Shown here: in pieces, positions 49,585 to 59,204 of the stretch
How positions within the stretch are numbered: the first letter of the stretch is position 1
Layout: every line of letters starts with the position of its first letter
Source: an uncultured Lachnospiraceae bacterium
Lineage (GTDB): Bacteria; Bacillota; Clostridia; Lachnospirales; Lachnospiraceae
Direction: 5' to 3'
Assembly: GCA_945787565.1 (NCBI GenBank)
Contig: CALZIE010000001.1
Span: forward strand, 1 to 63,930
DNA length: 63,930 bases
Made by a program: the position numbers and the translations under genes
The notes under the pieces: generated by a model
The model's database searches: none
The model's input: the letters and a program-made list of their open reading frames with translations, nothing else
Told to the model about the DNA's origin: nothing

Positions 49585-49613
49585 ATCATAATCCTTCTTG
49601 AAAAAAATGTCAA
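49585..49613 (-). promoter_or_regulatory. sigma-A promoter of the PII-like/antiporter pair, overlapped by an ATTATGA...TCATAAT palindrome
   Basis: TTGACA, 17 bp, TATGAT. Imperfect palindrome at 49567-49592. Confidence 0.6.
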
Positions 49614-49805
49614 TGTACATAATATCTTAATTAATTTTATATTTTTTTAATTTTTTCAGTGGTTTTTGCTTGGCTATTCCTATTTTTCCGATTCCTTATG
49701 CTTTAAGGAAATCTACTGTTTATTTTAGGTGCTTTCTCTTTTTTAATTTGGATAATGGTGGTATACTAAGAATACGATAAGAAACTGTAGAAAGAGGTGC
49801 TTTTT

Positions 49806-50768
49806 ATGAACGAAGAACTGAAAAATGCAGAAACTGCTGCTCAGGAAGTAAAAGAAATGGAGTCCATTCCTTCTATGTCAGAATTTGAAGATGAGATTAC
49901 AAAATCTTTTCATACATTAAAAGAAGGTGATATCGTGACCGGTACTGTAATCGGTGTTTCTGATACCGAGGTAACGGTTGATTTATCTTACTATGTGGAA
50001 GGCCTTATTAAGTTAGAGGAATTAAGCAATGATCCTCGCTTCTCCATTAAAGCAGATATGGTAATTGGTGATCAGGTAACTGCCACTGTGATCGGAGAAG
50101 ACCGCGACGGCAATATCTTATTATCCAGAAAACAGGCAGATGATGTACTCTCCTGGGAAAGCCTTGAAGATATGCTAAAGAACAAGACAGTCGCAAAAGT
50201 GAAAGTAGCGGAGGCCGTAAATGCCGGCGTTGTTACGTACTTAAAGGGGATTCGTGCTTTTATCCCTGCTTCTAAACTTGCACTGGAATATGTCGAAGAT
50301 CCATCTTCTTATGTTGGTAAGGAACTAGAAGTCTATGTAATCACTGCTGACCGTGATGCAAAAAAACTTGTTCTTTCTGCAAAGGATGTTCTTCGTGATC
50401 ATGCTGCAAGTGAGAAGAATGATCGTATCTCCCATTTGCAGATTGGTCTTGTAACAAAAGGAAAAGTAGACAAGATCATGCCATTTGGTGCATTTGTACA
50501 GCTTAGCGACGGATTAAGCGGACTGGTGCATATCTCCCAGATCTGTGGAAAGCATATCAAATCTCCGAGTGAAGTGGTTAAGGTTGGGGATGAAGTGAAC
50601 GTGAAGATCTTAGATGTTAAGGATGGTAAGATCAGCTTAAGCATGAAGGCTGTTGAAGAAGATGAAGATGTTCTCGATGACGTTGAGTCAGCTCCAATGG
50701 AATTCTCCACCGGCGAAGACGCTACCACCGGACTTGGTGCGCTTTTAAAAGGCTTTAAATTGAATTAG
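49806..50768 (+). CDS. S1 RNA-binding domain protein (ribosomal protein S1-like, three S1 domains)
   Basis: EGDIVTGTV, RAFIPAS and FGAFV...GLVHISQI motifs. Confidence 0.88.
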   Translation: MNEELKNAETAAQEVKEMESIPSMSEFEDEITKSFHTLKEGDIVTGTVIGVSDTEVTVDLSYYVEGLIKLEELSNDPRFSIKADMVIGDQVTATVIGEDRDGNILLSRKQADDVLSWESLEDMLKNKTVAKVKVAEAVNAGVVTYLKGIRAFIPASKLALEYVEDPSSYVGKELEVYVITADRDAKKLVLSAKDVLRDHAASEKNDRISHLQIGLVTKGKVDKIMPFGAFVQLSDGLSGLVHISQICGKHIKSPSEVVKVGDEVNVKILDVKDGKISLSMKAVEEDEDVLDDVESAPMEFSTGEDATTGLGALLKGFKLN

Positions 50769-50831
50769 AAATGCACGAAAGAGGAAAACACTTACTAATC
50801 CACTTTTAATCAGAGTTCATGGGTTTTAAAA

Positions 50832-50878
50832 ATGAGAAAGGATGAAATAATATATTCTATTACTTCATCCTTTCTCAT
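50832..50878. terminator. terminator hairpin between convergent genes
   Basis: ATGAGAAAGGATGAA / TTCATCCTTTCTCAT. Confidence 0.65.
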
Positions 50879-50968
50879 CCTCAGTGGTTAAAAGATAGCA
50901 TGTTCTTATATCCAATTAATCAATCAAAAATTTTATGAATTACATTGCCAGAATTAAAATGCTCTAGC

Positions 50969-51301
50969 TTAAATGCTGGAATGAAACCAGAATACTTCTA
51001 CCGCATCACAGGACTCATCACGCTTTATCGTGTGAGGGGTCCCAGCTGGTGCAATGAAGGATATCCCTTGGTGGACTTTGAATTCTTCATCTCCGATTTT
51101 GGCATAGCCACTGCCACTGATTACAAAAAAGCCTTCCTGATCGGCATGTATGCCAGGCTTGCCGTATTCCGTGCTACGGTAGTAAGAAACACCACTTGTA
51201 CATCCTGCTACACATCCATGACTTTCTTCTAATAAGCGATAAGAAGTCTTTCCTTCCCCTTCCGACTTCTTTACCTCTGCTAAATCTATATATGGTTTCA
51301 T
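50969..51301 (-). CDS. cupin domain protein
   Basis: H..QEGFFVISGSG and PAGTPH motifs. Confidence 0.85.
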   Translation of the reverse strand: MKPYIDLAEVKKSEGEGKTSYRLLEESHGCVAGCTSGVSYYRSTEYGKPGIHADQEGFFVISGSGYAKIGDEEFKVHQGISFIAPAGTPHTIKRDESCDAVEVFWFHSSI

Positions 51302-51323
51302 CCCTTTTCCCCCGTATTCTTTT

Positions 51324-52286
51324 TTATGCTTTCATTTCCTTCTTCTTTTTCTTCTCCCTTACAAAAAGATTTGTCGGAAATGGTATCTTATCACTTTTTT
51401 CTTCCTTTTTCTCTTCTTTTTGAGAAGATTCATTCTCTTTTGCATCTGCCTCTTGGATTATCTTCTTTTGCAGTGCACTTAGCATATCATCGTCTTTTGG
51501 CTGTTCTAATGCAACCATCATATCTTCTTTTTTATTCTCGATTCCAACCGCTTCGATGGCATCTTCATCGTCATCATCATCTATTACAGTCCCATATGCT
51601 TCCTTCACTTTTTCCTGGAACATGTCTACCATCAGTTCTTTATAGGTGTTCATTGGATCATAATTATAGCCTTTGATTTCCTCATTTAGCGCTAGCATCT
51701 TCTGATCAAGGAAGGAGACGATATCCGCACATTCTTTTAACTCTCTTCGAATATGTGTCGGTGCATTTCCTTCAAACTTATAATACATCTTATGCTCTAA
51801 GCTGGCCCAGAAATCCATTGCGATGGTTCGAATCTGAATCTCTACCTTGGTCGGAATCACTTCATCCGACAAAAAGATTGGAACCGATATGATCATATGA
51901 TAGCTTGTATATCCATTCTCCTTTGGAGTCTTGATATAATCCTTTACTTTTAAAACTTTCACGTCACTCTGTTTCGAAATCAGGTTAGCAATACGGTAAA
52001 TATCAGATGTAAAAGAACAGATAATACGAATTCCTGCCACATCATTGATGTATCGTATAATATTCTCAACCGTTAACTCCCGCTGGTTATGTCTCATCTT
52101 CTTCGCAATACTTTGCGGAGACTTGATTCGAGATGTAATATGTTCAATCGGATTATACTGATGTGCTAGCTTAAACTCGCTGTTTAATATCTCTATCTTT
52201 GTATTTACTTCCTTAAGAGCTGCATCATATAATAGCAGCGCTCGATTCCACTCATCGGCTTCATTATAAAACATTGGTAACTCCAT
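51324..52286 (-). CDS. small alarmone (p)ppGpp synthetase (RelP/RelQ-like)
   Basis: RIKSPQSI, DVAGIR, GYTSYH and EIQIRT...WASLEH motifs. Confidence 0.92.
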   Translation of the reverse strand: MELPMFYNEADEWNRALLLYDAALKEVNTKIEILNSEFKLAHQYNPIEHITSRIKSPQSIAKKMRHNQRELTVENIIRYINDVAGIRIICSFTSDIYRIANLISKQSDVKVLKVKDYIKTPKENGYTSYHMIISVPIFLSDEVIPTKVEIQIRTIAMDFWASLEHKMYYKFEGNAPTHIRRELKECADIVSFLDQKMLALNEEIKGYNYDPMNTYKELMVDMFQEKVKEAYGTVIDDDDDEDAIEAVGIENKKEDMMVALEQPKDDDMLSALQKKIIQEADAKENESSQKEEKKEEKSDKIPFPTNLFVREKKKKKEMKA

Positions 52287-52538
52287 GGTAACCTCACCTT
52301 TTCCTTTTCCTTAAAACTGCCCCAACGATATTGCTTAATGCATGAGAGATAACTCTCAGCCTTTCACTTCTCTTTTCCTCAATCAATTATTCATATTATA
52401 CCATACAATTATGAATAATTATTGAATACCAATAATCTTAAGCAAACTTTAATATTTTCTTCTTGTATGGTTTATATAGAATTTAGAGAAGATGGATATG
52501 ACTTGTAAATATTTTTCTTATTTTTGTAATTTCAGGGG

Positions 52539-52567
52539 TTGACAGTAAATGGAAGGAGTCATATAAT
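52539..52567 (+). promoter_or_regulatory. perfect sigma-A promoter of the ABC exporter leader
   Basis: TTGACA, 17 bp, TATAAT. Confidence 0.85.
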
Positions 52568-52658
52568 AAACGCGTAAGTTGATGGAATGGCTTGTTTCCA
52601 TAACGATTCCCATTATGCAGCAAAGCTGTAACAATATTAAGAAAGAGAGGTAATAAAC

Positions 52659-52745
52659 ATGAGCAATAGATATTTTAAGAATCGTTTCGGTTATAACTTC
52701 ATACAGAATGCTACATGCGAGATTACCTTAAGTCTGCATAACTAA
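52659..52745 (+). CDS. putative 28-aa leader peptide MSNRYFKNRFGYNFIQNATCEITLSLHN
   Basis: Strong RBS AAAGAGAGGT. Lies between the promoter and an attenuator terminator. Confidence 0.6.
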   Translation: MSNRYFKNRFGYNFIQNATCEITLSLHN

Positions 52746-52778
52746 CATTACATAGCTATCTATGTTTCTGTCTATTAT

Positions 52779-52806
52779 GCCGTGGTATCTTGCCACGGCT
52801 TTTTTT
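52779..52806 (+). terminator. attenuator terminator in the ABC exporter 5' leader
   Basis: GCCGTGG-tatcttg-CCACGGC followed by 7 T. Confidence 0.8.
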
Positions 52807-53051
52807 GTCTCTAAGCAGGGGACCTGTGACCCTTTGCTTATCTGTTCTTATTATTTGTCGTGTGCAAGTAAGGTTGCTTTGATCAGCTCTCTTATGCAAT
52901 CCTTTCATTCCCAAAGACTTAAGTTCTCCCTATTCTGCATGCAGGATACGAACCCACCAGCTTTTTTAACCCAAAAACCTTTTTGAGGGCACTTTCATGC
53001 TCTGTAAAAATCATGCCGCACTGGCAAATAAAAAGAAGGAGTTCTTCCATC

Positions 53052-54800
53052 ATGAAAAAAATATCAAGCTATATCCTCAGATATTGGTACTTCTATGTGC
53101 TTGCCATTATCTGTATGATCATGCAGGTCAGCCTTGATATGCTGACCCCGCAAATCACGAAACGCATCATTGATGATGTTATCGGTAACAATCAGATCAA
53201 TCTGTTAACACCACTGCTTGTTATGATCTTTATCATCGGATGTGGGCGATGCATCTTTGGCTATATCAAAGAATTCACCTTTGATGTGGTAAGTTCCAAG
53301 ATTGCCGTTGATATGAGACGTCATCTGTTCTGCCATATCCAGTCGCTTTCCATTAACTATTTTGACCGTACCAACACCGGAGAATTAATGTCCCGTGTAA
53401 AAGACGATATCGATCAGATTTGGAATGCCTTAGGCTACGTTGGAATGCTGATTATTGAAGTAACCATTCATACCTGTATCGTGCTTACCTGTATGTTTCA
53501 GTTAAGCCGCAAGCTGTTCTTAATTCCAGTGATTGCAATGCCTGTAGTTGGCGCACTTGCCATCATTATGGAACGGAAACTAGACACCGTTTATGAAGAG
53601 ATCAGTGAAGAGAATGCTGTTTTAAATACAGTTGCCAGCGAGAATCTTGCAGGTGTTCGTACCGTGAAAGCATTTGCCAGAGAAAAATTTGAGATTGAAA
53701 AATTCCTATCCCACAATAACCGCTACTACGACCTGAATATGAGACAGTCGAAAATGCTAATCAAGTATCAGCCGGTATTTCAGTTAATCACAAAACTGCT
53801 TCCTGTCGTTTCAATTATCTATGGGGGGTTCCTAGTGATCAATGGCGAGATTACTCTTGGTACCCTTGGCGCATTCTCTCTGTATACGACCAATATCGTA
53901 TGGCCAATGGAGATGCTTGGGTGGCTATCCAATGATTTTGCTTCTGCTATTGCATCCCGCAAGAAGATCAAGAAGATTTATGATGAGACGCCAATGATTC
54001 AGGAATCGAAAAATCCTACTGTGCTTTCTCATGTAGACGGACATATCCGCTTTGATCATGTAAGCCTTTCTATTGATAATAACCCGATTTTAACGGATAT
54101 TTCTTTCGACCTTCCTGCCAGAAAGACAATCGGCATCATGGGTGCGACCGGAACTGGAAAGTCATCCATTATCAATCTGTTACAACGTTTTTATGATGCC
54201 ACAGAAGGCACCATTACCTTAGATGGAGTCAATATTAAAGATTTAACACTAAAGGAACTCCGCAGTAATATCTCCTTAGTCATGCAGGATGTCTTCCTGT
54301 TTTCCGATACGGTGACCGCCAATGTTAAAATGGGGAAAAAAGATGCCGTGGAAAATGAGGATGTAGTCTCTGCCTTAGAATGTGCTCAGGCAAAAGATTT
54401 TATTGAAAAAATGGAGAACACCTATGAAACAATGATCGGTGAGCGCGGTGTCGGGCTCTCGGGCGGACAGAAACAGCGAATCAGTATTGCCCGCGCACTT
54501 GCAAAGAAAACGCCGATTCTTGTTCTTGATGATTCCACTTCCGCACTTGATATGGAAACCGAGCACTTGATTCAGGAAACATTAAATGAAGTAAATGCCA
54601 CAAAATTAATCGTCGCACACCGAATCTCTGCGGTACGTAACGCAGATGAGATCATCATTCTAGATGGTGGACGGATTGTGGAACGAGGCACTCACGATGA
54701 ACTGCTCCTTAAAAAAGGTGCTTATTATGAAACTTATATGGCCCAGTATGGCGATTTCTTAGAAACAAAAGAAGGCCGCAGATTTTTATACTCCTATTAG
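53052..54800 (+). CDS. ABC exporter half (TMD+NBD), heterodimer subunit 1
   Basis: GATGTGKS, LSGGQ, degenerate Walker B VLDD. Start after AAGGAG. Confidence 0.92.
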   Translation: MKKISSYILRYWYFYVLAIICMIMQVSLDMLTPQITKRIIDDVIGNNQINLLTPLLVMIFIIGCGRCIFGYIKEFTFDVVSSKIAVDMRRHLFCHIQSLSINYFDRTNTGELMSRVKDDIDQIWNALGYVGMLIIEVTIHTCIVLTCMFQLSRKLFLIPVIAMPVVGALAIIMERKLDTVYEEISEENAVLNTVASENLAGVRTVKAFAREKFEIEKFLSHNNRYYDLNMRQSKMLIKYQPVFQLITKLLPVVSIIYGGFLVINGEITLGTLGAFSLYTTNIVWPMEMLGWLSNDFASAIASRKKIKKIYDETPMIQESKNPTVLSHVDGHIRFDHVSLSIDNNPILTDISFDLPARKTIGIMGATGTGKSSIINLLQRFYDATEGTITLDGVNIKDLTLKELRSNISLVMQDVFLFSDTVTANVKMGKKDAVENEDVVSALECAQAKDFIEKMENTYETMIGERGVGLSGGQKQRISIARALAKKTPILVLDDSTSALDMETEHLIQETLNEVNATKLIVAHRISAVRNADEIIILDGGRIVERGTHDELLLKKGAYYETYMAQYGDFLETKEGRRFLYSY

Positions 54801-54814
54801 AAAGAGGTGACGTC

Positions 54815-56593
54815 ATGTCAATCAATTCGGTAAAAGAAGATGAGAAAACCGTCTCCATAAGAAAGAAAGCAACCCTTGTAAGGCTGTTTTCCTATCTTCT
54901 CTCCTATAAAAAACAGATTGTGATCGTATTGTTCCTTATGCTTGGAACCGTATCCATTTCCTTAATCAATCCATTGATCATCGAGCATGCGATTAACGTG
55001 AACATTGCTGGAAATGATATAAATGGCTTACTTACACTTGGCCTATTTGCTGTTATACTAAATATAATCTATGTGCTATTCGTGAAAATCAGGATGTACA
55101 TGATGGCAAAACTGTCTAACAGTGTACTATTAAAAATCCGTCAAGAATTATACAGCCACATCCAGACGCTTAGCTTCAGCTTCTTTGATTCCAGGCCAAG
55201 CGGCAAGATCTTAGCTCGTATTATCGGAGATGTAAATTCACTAAAGAATGTGTTATCCAACAGTGTAACTACCTTAATCCCAGACTTTATCACAATCTGT
55301 GCGGTTATCCTGATTATGGTGATCAAGAACTGGAAATTGGCTCTTGCCTCCATGATCAGTCTTCCACTTATGATGGCTGGTGTCTTCTTCGTCCAGAGCA
55401 AAGCTCATGTACGCTGGCAGATCAACCGCAAGAAAAACTCCAACCTAAATGCCTTCATTCATGAAGATATGGCAGGCATGAGAATTGTACAGAGCTTCAG
55501 TGCAGAAAAAGAAACCGAAAAAACATTTGATGAACTGTTACATGAACAACGAACTGCCTTTAAAAACGCAGTTATATACGCCGATGCATTTGGTCCGATT
55601 GTAGACTTTTGCTGGGGCATCGGAACCCTTTCTCTCTACTTTGTAGGGGTGAAGGTATTTGGTGTCGATCAAGTTCCAGTCGGAACCCTGATTGCGTTCG
55701 GAACCTATATCTCAATGTTTTGGAATCCATTATTAAACTTAAGTAACTTTTATAATCAGTTAATCACCAACCTTGCCGGTGCAGAACGAATCTTTGAGAT
55801 TCTTGATACTCCTGCTGATATTGCCGATGCCAAGGATGTCACTACCCTGCCAGAAGTTCAGGGTGATGTCAGATTTGAGCATGTTTCCTTTTCTTATGAT
55901 CAGGAAACCGAAGTGCTTCGTAACATCAGCTTCCATGTTAAGCCTGGTGAAACAATCGCATTAGTCGGTCCTACCGGAGCAGGTAAATCAACAATCGTCA
56001 ACCTAATCAGTCGCTTTTATGATGTTCAGAAAGGCCATATCTATATTGATGGGTATGATGTTCAGAAAGTATCCATTGAAAGCCTTCGTAATCAGATGGG
56101 CATTATGACGCAGGAGAATTTCCTGTTCTCAGGTACCGTGAAAGATAATATTCGCTACGGACGTCTTGATGCCACCGATGAGGAAATCATCGCTGCTGCC
56201 AAGGCAGTCAATGCTCATGATTTCATTATGAAGCTAGAACATGGATATGATACTGAGTTAAAAGAACGCGGTGCCGGATTATCAATCGGTCAGAAACAGC
56301 TGTTAGCATTTGCAAGAACGATGGTTTCCATGCCAAAGATTTTAATCCTTGATGAGGCTACCTCAAGCATTGATACTCATACAGAACAGCTTGTTCAACA
56401 GGGTATCGAAGCACTGTTAAATGGCCGTACTTCCTTCGTAATCGCACACCGTCTGTCTACCATTCAAAAAGCAGATCGTATCTTCGTAATCGATGAAGGC
56501 GGCATCTTAGAACAGGGCAATGCCAAAGAGCTGTTATCCAAAAAAGGTGCCTATTATGATCTTTATATGGCACAGTTTAAGAATATTGCCTAA
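54815..56593 (+). CDS. ABC exporter half (TMD+NBD), heterodimer subunit 2
   Basis: GPTGAGKS, degenerate signature LSIGQ, ILDEA, AHRLST. Confidence 0.93.
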   Translation: MSINSVKEDEKTVSIRKKATLVRLFSYLLSYKKQIVIVLFLMLGTVSISLINPLIIEHAINVNIAGNDINGLLTLGLFAVILNIIYVLFVKIRMYMMAKLSNSVLLKIRQELYSHIQTLSFSFFDSRPSGKILARIIGDVNSLKNVLSNSVTTLIPDFITICAVILIMVIKNWKLALASMISLPLMMAGVFFVQSKAHVRWQINRKKNSNLNAFIHEDMAGMRIVQSFSAEKETEKTFDELLHEQRTAFKNAVIYADAFGPIVDFCWGIGTLSLYFVGVKVFGVDQVPVGTLIAFGTYISMFWNPLLNLSNFYNQLITNLAGAERIFEILDTPADIADAKDVTTLPEVQGDVRFEHVSFSYDQETEVLRNISFHVKPGETIALVGPTGAGKSTIVNLISRFYDVQKGHIYIDGYDVQKVSIESLRNQMGIMTQENFLFSGTVKDNIRYGRLDATDEEIIAAAKAVNAHDFIMKLEHGYDTELKERGAGLSIGQKQLLAFARTMVSMPKILILDEATSSIDTHTEQLVQQGIEALLNGRTSFVIAHRLSTIQKADRIFVIDEGGILEQGNAKELLSKKGAYYDLYMAQFKNIA

Positions 56594-56628
56594 TGTGTAA
56601 AATCAATTCATGCAAAGGGGGATTTTTT

Positions 56629-56805
56629 ATGAACAAGAATACAGAGTCAGAATCAGATGCAAAGAATAAGGCCATGAAGGAATTTATTGAGGCTAAGAAA
56701 CACAGCGCTAAGAATTCCTTTCTGACAAATGACCGTTTAAAAAAGGCCACCAATACCGAACACGGTTTTTCCACTCAGAAGAACCATCATATCAAGCATG
56801 GATGA
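56629..56805 (+). CDS. small basic hypothetical protein
   Basis: AAGGGGGA RBS. Lies between the ABC genes and their terminator. Confidence 0.5.
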   Translation: MNKNTESESDAKNKAMKEFIEAKKHSAKNSFLTNDRLKKATNTEHGFSTQKNHHIKHG

Positions 56806-56849
56806 TTTGCACGTTTAATCCGATGCTGATTAAAACTTATTTTATATCG

Positions 56850-56888
56850 AAAAGAGTCTCACATGCACTGCATGTGAGACTCTTTTTA
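56850..56888. terminator. bidirectional terminator
   Basis: Perfect AAAAGAGTCTCACATGCA/TGCATGTGAGACTCTTTT stem. Confidence 0.85.
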
Positions 56889-56921
56889 TGTTCTTATATG
56901 TTTTCCTTGTATTTTTAACCT

Positions 56922-58355
56922 CTAATAACGGATTCTTGGAATTGTCACGATAAAGCTGGTTCCTTTCTTGTACTGAGAACGTACTTTAATCCTTCCGGTA
57001 TGCGCAATGATAATTAGCTTTGCAATGGATAATCCAAGCCCGTGTCCATCAATCTTTCGATCTCTTACATGATGGGAACGATAAAAACGGCTGAATATAT
57101 TATCCATATCCCTCTTCGTCATACCAATGCCGGTATCCTCAACTGTAATGACACAGTCCCCTCTCACATTCCTGCAAGAGATAATGATCTTATCACCTTC
57201 CACCGTGTACTTGGCAGCATTATCAATAAATACGCGAATTGCCTGTTTTAGAGACTGCTTGTCCCCATATACATCCACATCTTCTAAATACGGACATTCT
57301 ACAATACGGTTGCTTGCCACAAGTTTCGTTTCCTTTACCATTTCCTCTACGATTGGTCTCATATTGAAATGTTTCTTCTCTAGCTTTAACGTCTTCTTAT
57401 CATGTCTGCTTAAGAATAATAATTTCTCTACCAGATCCTGCATTGCTTTTGCTTCATTCTGAATCGCTTCAATGGACTCCTCTAAGACAGCCTGATCTTT
57501 GGCACCCCAACGGTTTAACATATTTACGTACCCTTGGATAACCGCAATTGGTGTCCTTAATTCATGGGAAGCATCCGATACAAACTGTTTCTGGCTTTCA
57601 TAAGACGTCTCAAGTCTATCAAGCATATTATTAAATACGGCTGCCAAATCCTTTAGCTCATTCTTCGTACCTTCGATATTCAGACGCTCACTATGCAGAT
57701 TGTTCACGGTAAGACGGTTCACGGTATCTGACATCTGCTTGATTGGCTCTAACATCTTAATATTATCTTTTCTTCCTTCTTTGATAATGCAGGCAACAAT
57801 AATCAGATATAAAAGTCCCGCATTTATTACTAACTTCCACATCTTATGGTAGCTTTCCGTCATATTATAGTAAAAGACTGCACGATATACCTTCGTCTGC
57901 TGCTGAAAGGTCATCTCCTCCTCCATTACAAACCGATACTGATCATTCGACGACGTGTAATGAATTTTCTTAAAAATCCCTCCGAATCGCTTCGTACTAT
58001 AATTTACATCGTTATATACTTCTCTATTACTTTCTTGTTCAAAAATAATCAGATTGAGACCGCGGTCCGCATACGGGTTGATCTGCTGTCCAAATGATAC
58101 CTCATTGCCTTCCAAATTAACGATGACCTGTTCCGCCAGATTCTGAAAGGATTCCTTTTCTACATTTAGATATAACAGTATGAACACAAAGAAGAAAAGC
58201 ACACCATTTAATAAAAGAAGCCTGAGATAATTGATTGCGATTCGGTATGTGATTGATAACCTGATTTTCCCCATCATGGCTTCTTTTTTCTTTCGAAACG
58301 GTATCACCGTCTTTATAAGAATCTGACGAATCTTTTCTATCAGCTTATTTTTCAT
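56922..58355 (-). CDS. HAMP sensor histidine kinase (ArlS-like)
   Basis: DASHELRTP, DNAAKY, EDTGIG and GHGLGL motifs. Two TMs. Confidence 0.93.
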   Translation of the reverse strand: MKNKLIEKIRQILIKTVIPFRKKKEAMMGKIRLSITYRIAINYLRLLLLNGVLFFFVFILLYLNVEKESFQNLAEQVIVNLEGNEVSFGQQINPYADRGLNLIIFEQESNREVYNDVNYSTKRFGGIFKKIHYTSSNDQYRFVMEEEMTFQQQTKVYRAVFYYNMTESYHKMWKLVINAGLLYLIIVACIIKEGRKDNIKMLEPIKQMSDTVNRLTVNNLHSERLNIEGTKNELKDLAAVFNNMLDRLETSYESQKQFVSDASHELRTPIAVIQGYVNMLNRWGAKDQAVLEESIEAIQNEAKAMQDLVEKLLFLSRHDKKTLKLEKKHFNMRPIVEEMVKETKLVASNRIVECPYLEDVDVYGDKQSLKQAIRVFIDNAAKYTVEGDKIIISCRNVRGDCVITVEDTGIGMTKRDMDNIFSRFYRSHHVRDRKIDGHGLGLSIAKLIIIAHTGRIKVRSQYKKGTSFIVTIPRIRY

Positions 58356-59031
58356 CTTTAATTATATACCCCACTCCTCGCACGGTATTGATAATATGGA
58401 TTCCGTATTTATCATCAATCTTCTGTCTTAAATAACGGATATACACATCTACCACATTCGTGTCGCCAAAATACTCATAATCCCATACATTATTTAAAAG
58501 CTGCTCTCTTGTAAGAGCAATATTCTTATTCTTAAGCAGATACTCTAATAGCTCATATTCTTTCTTTGTTAGTGTCAGTTCATCCTCTCCATAATGAGCG
58601 CTGTGACTGGAAAGATTTAGTACTAGCTTTCCATACTCCAAGATATCTTTCTTTACTTCATTTACAGCCTTTGAATGTCTTCCCAGTGCAACACGGATTC
58701 TTGCTAACAGCTCCTCAATTGCAAATGGTTTCGTCATATAGTCATCCGCTCCCATATCAAGACCGGCTACCTTATCCGTAATATCATCTTTTGCTGTCAG
58801 CATAATGATCGGCACCTGGGATTCCATACGGATTCTTCTGCACACCTCAATTCCGCTAAGACCTGGAAGCATAATATCAAGCAATACTAAATCAACCCCC
58901 GCATGGAGTGCCTTATCAAGCCCTGTCCGTCCATCATTTGCAATCTCCACCTCATATCCTTCATACTTTAATTCCAGTTCTACAAATCTTGCTATCTTAA
59001 CCTCATCCTCTACGATCAAAATCTTTGCCAT
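58345..59031 (-). CDS. OmpR-family response regulator
   Basis: ILIVED, LLDIMLP, KPF and VRGVGY motifs. Start after GGAAGGAG. Confidence 0.93.
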   Translation of the reverse strand: MAKILIVEDEVKIARFVELELKYEGYEVEIANDGRTGLDKALHAGVDLVLLDIMLPGLSGIEVCRRIRMESQVPIIMLTAKDDITDKVAGLDMGADDYMTKPFAIEELLARIRVALGRHSKAVNEVKKDILEYGKLVLNLSSHSAHYGEDELTLTKKEYELLEYLLKNKNIALTREQLLNNVWDYEYFGDTNVVDVYIRYLRQKIDDKYGIHIINTVRGVGYIIKDEK

Positions 59032-59123
59032 TGTATCTCGCTCCTTCCATGCACTGATGCCATATATTTCTATTCTATCGGGTTTTATAAAAGATTTCAA
59101 TATGACCCGATTAGAAGTACATT

Positions 59124-59176
59124 AAAAAAGCGTCCATTTCACAGATCGGATTGTTCTGTGAAATGGACGCTCTTTA
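59124..59176 (-). terminator. terminator after tkt
   Basis: AGCGTCCATTTCACAGA / TCTGTGAAATGGACGCT stem plus U-tract. Confidence 0.8.
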
Positions 59177-59204
59177 ATTTGTCATTGACCGGTTATCTTA
59201 CTGC

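Noticed and set aside
52762-52986. 74-aa ORF upstream of the ABC exporter
   Set aside because: It has no RBS and runs through the attenuator terminator and UTR hairpins.
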